A program made the position numbers and the translations under genes. 64,000 nt of DNA from Penicillus capitatus (taxonomy: Eukaryota > Plantae > Chlorophyta), in assembly GCA_965649825.1 (NCBI GenBank), contig OZ287697.1, positions 1,970,351 through 2,034,350 of the forward strand, written 5' to 3'. Each line of letters begins with the position of its first letter. Position 1 is the stretch's first letter. This document shows, piece by piece, positions 24,384 through 36,702 of this stretch. The notes under the pieces are model-generated. The model was not told the origin of the DNA, made no database searches, and was given only the letters and a program-made list of their open reading frames with translations.

Positions 24384-26131
24384 ATGATAAGATTCTCAGG
24401 TGGATGGTGTCTTCTGGGGAAAGCAACTCATTCTGCTGAAGTGCTTGCCGAGAATGTGGGGTCCACGACTCAGCATTCCAATGAACCGCCTAAGAGAATG
24501 GACCGGCCAAGCAAACGTAGACCCTCTCTATGGGATCTTCCCTCTGCACCCTGCCGACATAGATAGCTCGCGTGCTGGGCCTTGTACGGCATCCCTTTTC
24601 GCGCGAGATGCCTCACGAGGAACTTCCGCTTCATTCCGTAAGGGTTGTCCAGTAAAGAGCGCTCATGTGTGACAAGTGTGATGTCAGATGCTACGGTTAT
24701 CGGATCCCAATGCAAAACGCTGTCACCTCTCGTCGAATTTGTTCAGATCGGTTTATCAGAGATGCCTGGTCGACGAGTATCATCGCCGAGAAGATGACAC
24801 ACTTCATCTCACTCTTTCCTCGATCCCTCTCTTATCTTACCTCGAGCGAAACGGCTTCACGTTCACTTTTCTGCCGCGTATGATCATCTGCGCCGCAGTG
24901 ACGGACATCTGAGAGCTGTATGGGCTGCAGATTCGGATTTCGTTGAGGGCGATGACGGAAAAGGTGTACGGCAATCGACAGATACTGTCCTGATGGTGTC
25001 TCCCACACGATTCGAATTCAATGCCGAGGCGGCAAACGACAATGCGTTCATGTCTGGTGTCGATCTCAACGACCACCACACAGAGGATGCTGTTGGACGC
25101 CACCCCACAGGATCGGATCTCACCACCACAGCCCTTCACGAATTTCATGGCCTCCATCGCATGCTCACCGAGTCCGTTGGCATTCAAGTCTCCCATTGCG
25201 CATCTGGCTTGCCCTCCATTGCCGCTTCTCTGTCTAGGCCCACGTGTTTGAGCAAGATCCATTGGAATCGACACCAGACGCTGTCTTTCCGAACAACTGG
25301 TTGACGACCCATGATGAAGAGGGGGATACGTACAGCCTTGTTCTGTATCCCATGAAGGTGAAGAGGCTCCTATCATCACGGCATTCTCTGCCTTTCTGCG
25401 AAAACAGTGTGAGAATCGAAGGCGTGAGCGTCGCCTGGATATCATCGAGTTCATGGAAGATGAGACAGGAGATAAGGGGCGGCTCGATCTGAGCGCCTAC
25501 GAAAAGGATGGACGTTTTCTCGAAGGCACCGGATCCCTTGTGCTCGATCGGATACACCGGATTGCCTATATCTCTCGATCGGAGCGCTCAGATATCGATC
25601 TGGCCCATCTCTGGGCTAAGAAAATGGGGTCCTCCATCCTCTCTCCCCAATCCTGTACGATTATCCGTGTGCAGTTATAAGGACGTGGTGCATTTTGAGG
25701 CGTTCGATGCCGAAGGTCGTCCAGTCTATCATACCAATGTCTTGATGTCCATCGGCACGCATTTTGCCATCGTCTGCCTGGAAGCCATTTCAGATCCACA
25801 GCAAAGCAGTCGCCTGATGGTGGGCGTCCCATCAAGAGATCTACCCACTCCATAATTCGTTCTTCGCTTTCAGGATCTCTTGAGTCAAGATCGCACGGTC
25901 ATACCTATCACTCGATCTCAAATGTCGTGCTTCTGTGGGAATGTCCTGGAAGTGATGGATGCGCGCGATCTGCCTGTGCTGTTGATGTCGACACAGGCGT
26001 TTCATGCGTTTGACTCTGAGCAGATCGATGTGATGCTGCAGCACGTTTCGAGAATTCATCACTCGGCGATCGATACCATCGAGCGCATTGGAGGGGGTGG
26101 TCTGCGATGCATGATTGCTGAAATATTTTAG
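24384..26131 (+). CDS. Amidinotransferase-superfamily enzyme (CtlX / arginine deiminase-related) with an N-terminal extension; multi-exon
   Basis: RQSTDTVLMVSPTRFEFNAEAANDNAFM, TPDAVFPNNW, LVLYPMK|..RRRERR, FLEGTGSLVLDR, VYHTNVLMSIG, FCGNVLEV and IERIGGGGLRCMIAEIF. The 5' start is uncertain. Confidence 0.9.
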
Positions 26132-26163
26132 AACGTTCTTTTCTGTGACATATAGATGCTCTC

Positions 26164-27754
26164 TCACTCTTGCCGCCAGACAAGAAACGGATCCTCTAGA
26201 TAGCAAGACGGCAATGCTCCGTCATCTTTTACCCACGATTGCTCAGATGCCAGCTCGAGAACCCTCTCTTCAAAGGACGCGGCCTAGAAAGAGTGATATT
26301 GGCAGATACCTTTGGGCTATCGGCATGACCTGAGAATTTGAAAGAGTGAGAAAGTGGCGCGGCGTTTCACAGAGGACGGCGCTTTTGCCGTTCAGCAGGG
26401 TCTGCATACCCATGTCTTTGTGAATCCAGGCCGCTCGATGAAAGGAGAGATAGACGACATCGAACACTCCCTTCAGCGCCTTCTTGCCTAAAAGAGCACC
26501 ATCGACAATCTCAACAGCTTTTCTGGGAAGACAGGCGTACACAAGATCCGCTTCCGAACGTCTCCTGTCAAGAAAGAGACCTTCATGGGCATTCCGTGCT
26601 CATCCAAGCACTCGATGCATTTCTGCATCCACATGTGAAATGACAGGGGCAGGTGTCGAAGGATGTCAGACATGGATATTGTGGAAAGAGAGTTCAGAGG
26701 CTGTATGCCTGAATTCTCTACTGGCTTTCTCCAACAGCGTCGTATCCTCTGACCATGTACCGAAGCAATGGTATGGAGAGTTGATGATATCTCCCCAGTA
26801 ACCCTTTGCAAGGACAGAACGTCCCATGTCCATACCATACCTACAGATGTCTCTTACCAAACGCCATGCCTTGTTCCCTCACCTGTTCTTAAACTCCTTT
26901 GTACGAGTGGAGATGGAGCTCATGAGTGTGCTGTTGGGTTCTGTCGGCGGGGCATCTTTAAAAGCGTGTGCGATTCCCGTCAGCCGCCATGAGAGGAACT
27001 CTTTGACATGGATGACGCTCTTGTCTACGACGCTGTTCTGTGGATCGGTGCTGCAAAGACGCATCCAGTAATCCCAATCGGCTTTGTTGCTTCGATGATC
27101 GTAGTTCTCTCTATAGTACTCCCGACAGCGCCGATCCCAGAGTTGATCGATCGCAGGGCCTCCCTGAATTGAAGAAAAGCAGTGAGAATGCGATCACTGA
27201 TTTCCTGGATGCCTCACAGGGGATCGATAGGAGCGAAGAACATCCACCAGAGCGTCTCTCTCTTCATAGGAGAGCAGGTCAAAGTCGAAAACGATGTTTG
27301 GAATGTGATGGGCATCGTTTGACGGTTGTTTCTTTGCTGCATTGACGATGATGTTTTCTATCCATCGACTCCATTTTCCCAGAGCAGATGTCGTCTCGTG
27401 ATGCAGTTTCACATTTCCGTGCAATTCGAGGAAGTACTGTGCCCGTTTCTGAATCGGAATCTCCCGATCCAGCAGTCCGCAGAGAAGCACAGCGTGTCGT
27501 GCAATGGCCTCCGGTGTCTCTTCGTACACATAGAAGCAAATGTCATCCCTTTCGCTCCGCCTTGTACACGAGAGCAAAGTGTGACGGCAGTCCGATGGAC
27601 ACAACTATGCGTCCACAGTCACGAACACTGCTGTTCCAAACGTACCTTCCCGCACCTGTAAGATGTGCAGCGGGTTGCCGTGGGATGAGGCATAGGAAGC
27701 AAGATCAAGAGCGGGGGAGTATCCCCAGAACTGATGCGCGTGGTTTGTGTCCAT
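26164..27754 (-). CDS. DNAAF3: Dynein axonemal assembly factor 3 (PF22/DNAAF3); multi-exon
   Basis: HQFWGYSPALDL, FYVYEETPEAIARH..LL, FLELHGN, KEFLSWRLTGIAH, GYWGDIINSPY..FG and FDVVYLS. Confidence 0.88.
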
Positions 27755-27817
27755 CTCTTGAGCAATGGACCGGTCAATGCAGTCAGCAATCTGAATCGCC
27801 CTTATATTGCCAGATGC

Positions 27818-29080
27818 TCATTTTTGAGCATCTTTATCTGGATGCACCATTATTAACAGCTCCCGGGCTGCATCGATCAAAGGTGGCAGTATGGTATCAC
27901 CGTTGCCTTCGTTATGGCGTTCCATGACTGACAGAATCTCCAGGAGGATGGTTCGATGTCGCGGCATTCTTTGGGGCGTGGCTCGGATAACAGCCGTCAA
28001 CAAGTTCAGTGCCTTTCTCTGCAGAGAAGTGTCAGATGCGAGCAGCCACCGCGTCAGCAAGGGAAAGAGTTTTGAGAAGCATCGCACGACAGAAGTGCCC
28101 AGGTGTGGCAGCAGCATCACAGCATCGTCCAGAAATACACTGCCCAGTTCGTACGGCTGCATATCTGTCTCCAGTCTCTCCAGCATCTTCTCCATGAAAT
28201 CGATACCGTGCGTCGGGATCTGTTCACAGAAAAGACGGACTGTGGGTACTAACACCTTCCATAGCGTGATCTCGCACGACAGTATACGATCCGTGATCGT
28301 TTGATACAGCACAGGCTGCCAATTCTGCCATCCCTCTTCCGACGCACGCCGCAGGATGGCATCCAGCGTTTCCACGCCCAAGACGGCCACTCTTGGGTCG
28401 AAATCGTCCAAGCAGAAGAGCACGCACGGGATCCATCGATCCATAACGCGATCGGGCAGAGGATCGTCAAACAGGAGATGCAGAAGTCCTTTCAGGCGTC
28501 GCCCTTCGGCAAAGCGCTGCTCGAAAGACGGCGGAGACGAGACGACATCGCCGTCTTCTGACTGGTGACGATGAAAGCTCTTCCAACGAGGAAGCAACAC
28601 ACTTCGCACGTCTTCCACAAAGTACAGTAGCTGATCGGCAGGACGGTCGTTTCCTGGTAGATGCTGTAGGAGACGGAGTGCTGTGGGGTGTTCAGGAAAG
28701 AGGCTGACGCCAAGAAGGACCTTTCCGCCAAGGGGCTCCATCGCGTCGTCGACATCCACCACTTCGGTGACCCAACCCCTCTCGGTGGTCTCACGTCCCA
28801 TCACTGAGGCAATGGACTCCAGAGAGTTAGCTGGCAAAAGAGTGAGAAGTGTGTTTAGGAGCTCTAGCAAGGCATCGACGTCTTTGTGCTGTCGCTCCAA
28901 GCGGGTCAGAATCGCCAGAGCAACGCGGTGGGCGCTTTTCGCGACGTCGCGCGTTTGCTGCGCCCGAAGGTCAGCGCAGTTTTGCATCGCGCTTTGCAGA
29001 AGGGCCGTTTCCACGTCTGCCTCGCTGTGCAGTACCGACGCCACGCGCTCCAACTCCGTCTTCAAGTCTTCGAGTGCCAT
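27818..29080 (-). CDS. TTI2: Tti2-family HEAT protein (TTT complex); intronless, 420 aa
   Basis: From MALEDL: CLDDFDPRVAVLGVETL, LPHLGTSVVRCFSKLFPLLTRWL, and ALNLLTAVIRATPQRMPRH resemble Tti2 and plant At2g39910-type proteins. Confidence 0.7.
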   Translation of the reverse strand: MALEDLKTELERVASVLHSEADVETALLQSAMQNCADLRAQQTRDVAKSAHRVALAILTRLERQHKDVDALLELLNTLLTLLPANSLESIASVMGRETTERGWVTEVVDVDDAMEPLGGKVLLGVSLFPEHPTALRLLQHLPGNDRPADQLLYFVEDVRSVLLPRWKSFHRHQSEDGDVVSSPPSFEQRFAEGRRLKGLLHLLFDDPLPDRVMDRWIPCVLFCLDDFDPRVAVLGVETLDAILRRASEEGWQNWQPVLYQTITDRILSCEITLWKVLVPTVRLFCEQIPTHGIDFMEKMLERLETDMQPYELGSVFLDDAVMLLPHLGTSVVRCFSKLFPLLTRWLLASDTSLQRKALNLLTAVIRATPQRMPRHRTILLEILSVMERHNEGNGDTILPPLIDAARELLIMVHPDKDAQK

Positions 29081-29155
29081 TGTTTGATGTGACGTTTGCC
29101 GAACGACAACGATCGCAATAGCAGTCGCGATTTTCGACGAGCGTCGCCGTGTACG

Positions 29156-29644
29156 ATGAGTGTGACATCTCGCATTGAAGTGAGTTGGGAAGACCAACGC
29201 CATATCAATCTCTTCAACAGACTACACGTCCAGCATATGGAACTACAAGCCGAGGTCAAAATCCACAAGGTTCATCGCAACACAGCCACAGGTCTCGCTT
29301 CACAGTCATGGCCTCAGAAAAAACTGGAAGACTTAGAAGATGCCTCGAACGAATTAATCTTGGTGGACGAGGATGAGGTGAGAGCTTCGGATGCTTCATT
29401 TCCAAAGGACTCGATTGCTGTTTGACACAATCGTGCGTTCTAGATCCGTTACGCCATCGGCAGCGGTCTGTTTGTGCACATCACATCAGAAGAAGCTGAA
29501 ACGAAGCTACAGGAAAGAACGACCGAGGTTCAAGCCGACCTTGAGAAAACAGAGAATCTGATTCAGGATGCCGAGAATCGAATGGAAGAGCTAAAAACGA
29601 CTTTGTATGCAAAGTTTGGCAATACCATCAATTTAGAAGCATAA
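29156..29644 (+). CDS. PFD4: Prefoldin subunit 4; 2 introns
   Basis: EVSWEDQRHINLFNRL, KLEDLEDASNELIL, IRYAIGSGLFVH and ELKTTLYAKFGNTINLE. Confidence 0.93.
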
Positions 29645-29893
29645 ACGGACAGCAGCAGTTGTTAACACTTTCGCTGAATCCCACACGACAGACCAACTGT
29701 ATTTATACTTCATACATGAAATCTACGATATTAAGACACGAACCACACATACGAACATAAAGACATAAGACGAGAGACCCCTTCTCTGCGTCGACATCCT
29801 ACACTTTGAGTTCAGAGATGCACACAACTTATGGAGTTCCATCGTACAGACAGAGGAAAGCATGATGCAATGAGACTGAGGCGGCGCGGCTGT

Positions 29894-31379
29894 TCATGCT
29901 GCGAGTTGGAGCGCTCTCGATTGGGAAGTATGGTGATGGCCGTTGTTTGTCGATGGACAAGGAGTTGGCGGAGCCTGTCCATCGTTGTGTACAGATGCAT
30001 TGAGGCGCTCGAGTTCATACGTAGCGGGTACTCGCAGTTTGTTGGCAGCTCGAAGGCAGGAAAAGAGAATCCCGTTTACCGCACAGGTCCAGACAGCGAT
30101 CACGAGTGTCCCCAGCGTCTGGATGCAGAGCTGTCGACCATCGCCGCCATAGAAAATACCGTAATCCGTGTTTCCTGCGGGATCCAGATCACGGACGCGT
30201 TTACACGAAGCATCGTGTGATCGTACCTTCTTGAAAATTATCTTTGTACGCTCGATGCACGTTGGTCTCGGTGGCGAAGAATCCGACGGCGATGGTGCCG
30301 ATGACGCCTGGGCACAGATGCACGGCGGAGGCTTCTAGAGGATCATCCACTTTGAGCAACAGGAGAAGACGGGCGGAGAAGTAATAAGCAAAACCGCTGG
30401 CAATGCCGGTCAGACAAGAGGCATAGGGCTCAACGACGGCGCATCCAGCTGTTATTCCAACAAGTCCAGCCAGGAGGCCGTTCAGTCCAGGCGCTATCTG
30501 AATCGGATTGCCCTGACAGACATGCAGGATGAGCACTGTCATCGAACTCGATGCGGCACTCAGCGTCGTATTGACGGCAGCCAATGAGGCCGTCACCATA
30601 CAGTCTGAGACACAGGTACCGGAGGCAGAGTTGAAGGCATACCAGCCGAACCAGAGAATGAAGGACCCCAACATGATGAGAGACTGATCGTTGGAGCGCA
30701 CTTCAATTGGTCTGCCTTGATCGTCAAAGCGGCCAATACGTGGTCCCAGAAACCAAGCCGCACAAAAGGCGGCGCCGCCACCGGTGACATGCACCACACT
30801 GGAGCCTGCAAAATCGAGCAATCCGAGAGAGCCCTCGAAACTGCGATCGCTGTTGAAGGCAGATAGCCATCCATCTTCTGACCACACCCAGTGCACCACG
30901 ACGGGGTAGACGAATCCGGTAATGGCTAGTGTGTAGATCACATACGCTTGGTATCGACATCTCTCGGCGGCGGCGCCAGAGACGATGGTCGTAGATGTTG
31001 CCGCGAAGGCCCACTGAAAAATCCATTTTGAATAGTATGCTGGATCATCACTCGTTTCAATCCCGGCCATGAAAAAGTGTGACCCTCCAATAAAGCGATG
31101 AAGACTCTCGTGGCCATTGCCAAATGCCAAAGGATATCCCACAGCCCACCAGACCAATGCAGCGACACAAGAATCCAGAAGATTCTAGAAAGGCGTCCTT
31201 GCTGTGAGACGGTGTGACACATGGAATGGATGAGTCGATACCTTGAGCAAGATGTTTACCGTATTCTCCTTTCGCACAGTACCTGCCTCAAGCATGGCAA
31301 AACCGCATTGCATGAAGAAGACCAGATAGGCCCCGACCAGTGTCCACAAAATATTGACATCCGTGTCCGTTTCATACAT
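29894..31379 (-). CDS. AMT: Ammonium transporter, AMT1 family, copy 1; 2 introns
   Basis: [47 protein letters not shown] and [10 protein letters not shown]; both His of the twin-His motif are present. Confidence 0.97.
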
Positions 31380-31643
31380 TCTATTTCAAGACGTCTATGG
31401 AGGCGCGTGAAAACGAGCGTCGTGCTCGGCAGTTATGTAAAAGCACGAAAACCACAATCTCCAACCGTCATATCTATCTTTGTGCCTTCAAGGACGCGTC
31501 AACCGTGACCTGAAGGGATCCTTTGACGGTCAGAGCCAACCGTTCCCCACCAGCTGCACACCGCTGAAGGGACCATACTTGCATTACGAAGGATTTATGA
31601 TACGTTCCTTCACGTTCCTTCATCTTCTGCCGTCGAAATCGCG

Positions 31644-31892
31644 ATGATCATTCCGGTGCGGTGCTTTACGTGCGGCAAAGTGATCGGGAATCGATGGGAG
31701 ATGTACACGGATCTTCTGGCATCCAACTACACTGAAGCTCAGGCACTGGACTGCGTGGGACTCAGTCGATACTGTTGTCGGCGCATGTTAATGACGCACG
31801 TCGATTTGATTGAGAAGCTCTTGCTGTACAATGCAGCCGAAGACAAGGAAGGCAGCGGGGATGAAGAGATGGAGGACGAGGAGGCCACCTGA
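31644..31892 (+). CDS. RPB10: RNA polymerase I/II/III subunit RPB10 with a short acidic tail; intronless
   Basis: [15 protein letters not shown]...[21 protein letters not shown]. Confidence 0.98.
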   Translation: MIIPVRCFTCGKVIGNRWEMYTDLLASNYTEAQALDCVGLSRYCCRRMLMTHVDLIEKLLLYNAAEDKEGSGDEEMEDEEAT

Positions 31893-32132
31893 AAAACCGT
31901 TCTCTGTGGACCGACCTGTCACATCAATAGGCCTTGTCTCTTAAAGAATATGTCAGGACAATGACAACAGCAGCATCACTCCTGTAGAAGCTTTTGAGTG
32001 ATCTCACACAAACATGTTGGGAAATGAGACAGCATACACGTATTGCATAGCATGGCCAGGGATGGAAAACAAAGAGAGAGGTGTTGAAATCTCTTTTTCG
32101 AAAAGTACTTGACAAAAACTGACGATCTGGAT

Positions 32133-34206
32133 CTACCGTTGCTCTCGCCTACCCTTCATACACGGACCCCTATACCCGACGGACGGATGGACGGGATGTT
32201 CATCTTCCCTACCGATGACGTCATTTGAGGAATTTGATAATTTTGAGAACGGCGCAGACGCCTAAGGTGGTAAAGAAGACTTGAATCCGGGTTCGATGTT
32301 CCATATCGATCTTTCGAGTGTACGTCACGATTTCTCGGCACATCGATCGGCTGTTCTCGCTGATCGTCGCGTCCATCGAGAGCCTCTCGAATCGATCCAG
32401 CGCACCGATCACCAATCGGTAGTGCTGATGCATCGGCAGCAAAATCCAGACCACATGAATGGCAATTTCGCTGATACTGGTGACGCGAAGAGCGAGTGCT
32501 TGAATCAAACGACGAATCGTCTCTTGGCACACTTTAGCAGATGCCTTGCGCATCGGAAGGACCGTTGTGGCATGCTTTGCCCACTGGATGAGAAAACGAT
32601 GCGTACTGCGACGGAATCCTGGATAGGGACACACGAGAAAAAGCTCCAGGACGCGAGGCAACACGGGGAGCTGTGCCAGGCGGTGTAGATCGACTTTATC
32701 TCGATGGACGAGTTCAAAAATCGCCGAAGCTGCAACGATCCCGGCATACTCCTCACATTGGTTCATCAGATCGACGAGGGATCGAAAGATGCTGAGATTG
32801 GTACCCCAGCTATAATCGAACAGACCCAGCAGATGTGTAATCAATCCAGCGCCCACCACACGAACCACCAGCGCACGGGAATTGAGCAACGATGGGACCG
32901 CCAAGAGCGCCCCATCTTTCAGAATCTGCATACTGGTCACGCGGTTTTGGTAGGAAACGTGCATAAGCGCCATTCCTGAATGCAGTTTTTGAATGGACGA
33001 TCCTCCACGGAGACAGTCCACCAACAAAGAAATCATCCCTGATGCAAACACCGATGTCACACATTGAATGGATGAGAAAAGAGTGACCAGATTCGAGCAT
33101 GAGACTTTGAATACTCGGATTGGCAGCTACCCAGGCACCCACAATTCGTGCCCCACGTGCCACCCACTGATCATCGTTTGACTTCAGCATACACACCAAC
33201 ATTCCCAAGATATCGACATCTCTGATTCTAAACAGTCGCATCTAAGAGGCATCCCTCTTCAGTGTGTGGACTGGAGGGGCAGAGCGACATGCTTGGTTCT
33301 TGGGATGGTAACGGATCAGTTCTGCCAGGGCCCATCCCATATTCCCCGGTCGTCCTTCTTCGATCTCCGCTCTCAACAGCGTGACGATTCTGGAAAGCGT
33401 TCCTTCGACGGACTGTTTGGAATTGCCCACAATGGTCTGGGCTTGTCGGCACCCCCAACATGCTCGAGCCAGACTCAGTGCAGCAGATTGATACATGGCA
33501 CGATCGCTGGAGCTCAGCAGACGGGAGAGCTCATCCAACATGGACTCGTCCGGTTTTGAACGTCCCTTAGCGTCATGTGCATCCCATCCCTTGTACATTC
33601 CTTTGAGCTGTTCCTCCAAAAGCGCCACGACGAAATCGTACTCCATCTCCACAGGACTGCCAGCAGGCAGGTGCACATCTAGACAGAGAGGTGCGATGAG
33701 CAGCAAGCAGTGCATCGTGGGCCTACCGTTCTCCCGTGCCCACAGAGACAGAGCATTCTTGAGAGCGACATTCTGGATAAGGCTGCAGTGCAGCAGAGGG
33801 ATTCCTGTCACAGGACAATGGCGATTGCCTACATCTCACTCGCAGTCTAGCACGCAAGATGGACTGCAATGGCGGCCATACCTTGTTCTAGCCAGTCAAC
33901 GATCGCTTTCTGCTCGTATGTCTGTGCAGATTCCACCAGAATGACGGGCTCTTGCATCAGTTCTCCAGAAAGTGGACACATGTAGACCTTTGGCATGTAG
34001 ATTGGCAGCTCTGAACGCCCGTGTGGAAGTTTCGTCATCGATGGTTCTCCTCTGCTATTGGAACGCGGTCGATCCGTACGCAGCTGCGGAGCCGTCGGTG
34101 GACAGGCTGGATGATCGGAAGCTGTCACCAAGGACAGATCATCGACAGCAGGTTTCTTTGAGGTCGAAGGCTCCAAGCTGGAACCCGCCATGGATGATTG
34201 AAACAT
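32133..34206 (-). CDS. U-box + ARM-repeat E3 ubiquitin ligase (PUB-like); multi-exon
   Basis: YMCPLSGELMQEPVIL.ESAQTYEQKAIVDWLEQG|NRHCPVTG..LIQNVALKNALSLW, followed by ARM-like helices. Includes a probable GC-AG intron at 33242-33292. The ends are approximate. Confidence 0.85.
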
Positions 34207-34443
34207 CGCAGACCACCTTAAAAAATGTGCCTGTCACATCATCCTCTTTACCGAGAAGAATAGACAGACCAGTTGCGGAAAAGTGCGTTTTCGTTTAGGC
34301 AATGTACTGAGGCGGGTTTGAACCACTTATTGAAGCAGTGTGGGTCAATAGAGCGAGTGGTGCGGTCTGTCAAGATCGCTACACAAGACGACGTTTGTTG
34401 TAGCAGTGTTGCAGGTCTCCTCAGCCAAACGGTGCTACAAAAA

Positions 34444-36601
34444 ATGGACGGCTGTGACCTAGACGTCGAATCAGGAAATCTGTCAAAAGGCGCACCGTAT
34501 GTGAGCTGACGGAAAGCTGACGGTAAACTGCGTCAGACGCCAAAGCCGTACCTCAAACGATTGATGGGACACGGATATCCGCACGAGATCACACCAATGC
34601 AATGGAAGACGCTGCACAGACTGCCTATACAGAGAGAGGCATCGACGGACGACGGGTACGCTGACGACGACCACACGCAATGACGGATCGTTCTTGGAAC
34701 CGTTCCGTCCAACACACTCGTGCAGAAGTGACGATTCGATAGAAGCGCGACACTTCAAGAACCGCTACGAATATGGCGCCTCGAACTGTCCGTGTTGACT
34801 GAATGCGGTCGTATGCGTGATAAGGTAGGTCGTTCGTTGTTACTGTGGGATGACAAACAGTCACGTTTACGATGTCCAAAGACAGGACAGTAGAAATTGC
34901 GGACCTGTAGATGTTAGACGCCGCCTCGGGTTCTTCGCACATGTCATCGATGATGTGACGTCTTGTCTTATGTACACGAGCGAGCGATCATGCCCTCGGA
35001 GAAAGACGTCGACGACGAGGACCAAAGGAAGAGCCTTCTGGCTGAATCGTCATTAAAGACGTCACCCATCGGCAACAACGAACAACGCGATCGACTGGAA
35101 GTCCTCGACGAGGTGCTCAAACGCGTTCGCTTTGGTGCTCATCTGGATGACGAGACGCGAAGATCGATCTGCGCCGTAACGCCGAATGCTGGCGCCAACG
35201 TCCATCCAGCCAGTGCGACGTATGGACTCAGGCTCTGGAGTGCCGGACGTTACCTGCGGGGGCGGTTGTGTACCGAGAAGGTGACGATGCGGACAGTTTC
35301 TATATCATCTGCTCAGGAACGGTGGAGGTTTCCGTGACGAATGCCGGTCATGTGCGTCAGGCCGTTGTCTTCAGCGAGATGTGGTGTGTCTTATGACCAG
35401 GCCGTCGTTCTGGCGCTTCAAGGAACGGGCGATACACTTGGGGAACGGTCGTTAGACGGAGAAAGACGACAACGCGACGTCACTGCGCGTTGCACCTCGC
35501 CGACACATTTGCTGAAGCTCTCGAGGGACGACTACCATCTTGCCTTGGGCACAGTCGCCGACAGAGAACTGCGCCAGCGGGTAGCCTTCCTCCGTCATAT
35601 CCTCTTACTTCAAGGACTAAGCGATTCGGATCTTTCCCAAATTGCACGCATCGTCACACCCAAATCCTATCCCTCCAGCAAAGTACTGTCCCGTAGGCGA
35701 TGCGACGATCCCGATACCTGGTTGCAGATTCTTGTGCAGCAGGATGACGAGATCGAAGAGATTCTCTTTATCTATCGCGGCTATTTGAAGGGAGTGTTCC
35801 GAATGACGTGGAACGCAACGGCAGGTGAATCGCATCGACGTGCCATCGATCCAGATCATCATCAGCACATCGATCCTAAGAACGCGAAGACGGCACGGTA
35901 CGCAACCTCGCTCCTGCGAGTATGTCTGCCCAATCGGATGCACGCTAGGAGAGGAGTCATGACGCTGGATGACGGCGCCGCCGCTTCGTACAGCGATGTA
36001 CCGAAGCCTCCAACTCAGCAAGGAGACGTGGCGAATGCACAACCGCGCTTCGCCCAGCTTGTCTCCAAACACCGCCAGCATATCATTGGCACCAAGACAT
36101 CCTCGGCATCCGCAAGTTCCTGCAGCTTTTTCCAGATCACCATGGCGGCGATGCATAATTCCAAAGCCAATCAACCGCCGCGTCTTACACAAGAAGACCT
36201 CACACATCTCACCAATCCTGTCAGCATAACCAAAGCTGGTTGGCGCTTTGTCGAGGTGCATTTCGGTAAGACAGGCACAGGAGGACAGTGTTAGGACGCA
36301 GGTGGTTGACGCTGGCAAGTATGACTGCATTGGCGATCGAGGAATGCTCAAAACTTCACGACATCCTCTGACGTTCTTCACTGCCACGCCGACGCTTTGC
36401 TACGCCGTCCGGAAATTTGATTTCATCAAATCCCTTTCGCCTGACGCCTTCTCCATCATGGAACGCAATGCTGGAGTCGATATTAACGAGACATCTGTCC
36501 GGCAGTCCGTCCGACAACAGGATCGATGGCAACGCTATCGTCAGCGCGTTGTGCAGACATGTCTTGTCGATGTCATAAATGACGCCCATTTGAAAAGATA
36601 A
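34444..36601 (+). CDS. Protein with tandem cyclic-nucleotide-binding domains (CNBD2-like); multi-exon
   Basis: Spliced VVYREGDDADSFYIICSGTVEV...GDTLGERSL...RDVTARC, then a second domain ILVQQDDEIEEILFIYRG...YDCIGD. The 5' end is uncertain. Confidence 0.8.
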
Positions 36602-36702
36602 GGACGACATGACTTAGATCTCCCATCTCTCGCACGCTTCAGCCCTTTGCGTCGATCTCGCCACGCGTCGCGTCCTTCGCTCCCTTCCATTCTACCGTCG
36701 CG

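Noticed and set aside
24470-24715. Minus-strand ORF DNPYGMKRKFLVRHL...
   Set aside because: Better explained as the antisense of a 5' exon of the CtlX-like gene (IARVLGLVRHPFSREMPHEELPLHS).
30100-30125. Suspected frameshift in AMT copy 1
   Set aside because: Re-reading gives CTG GGG ACA CTC (LGTL), which is in frame.
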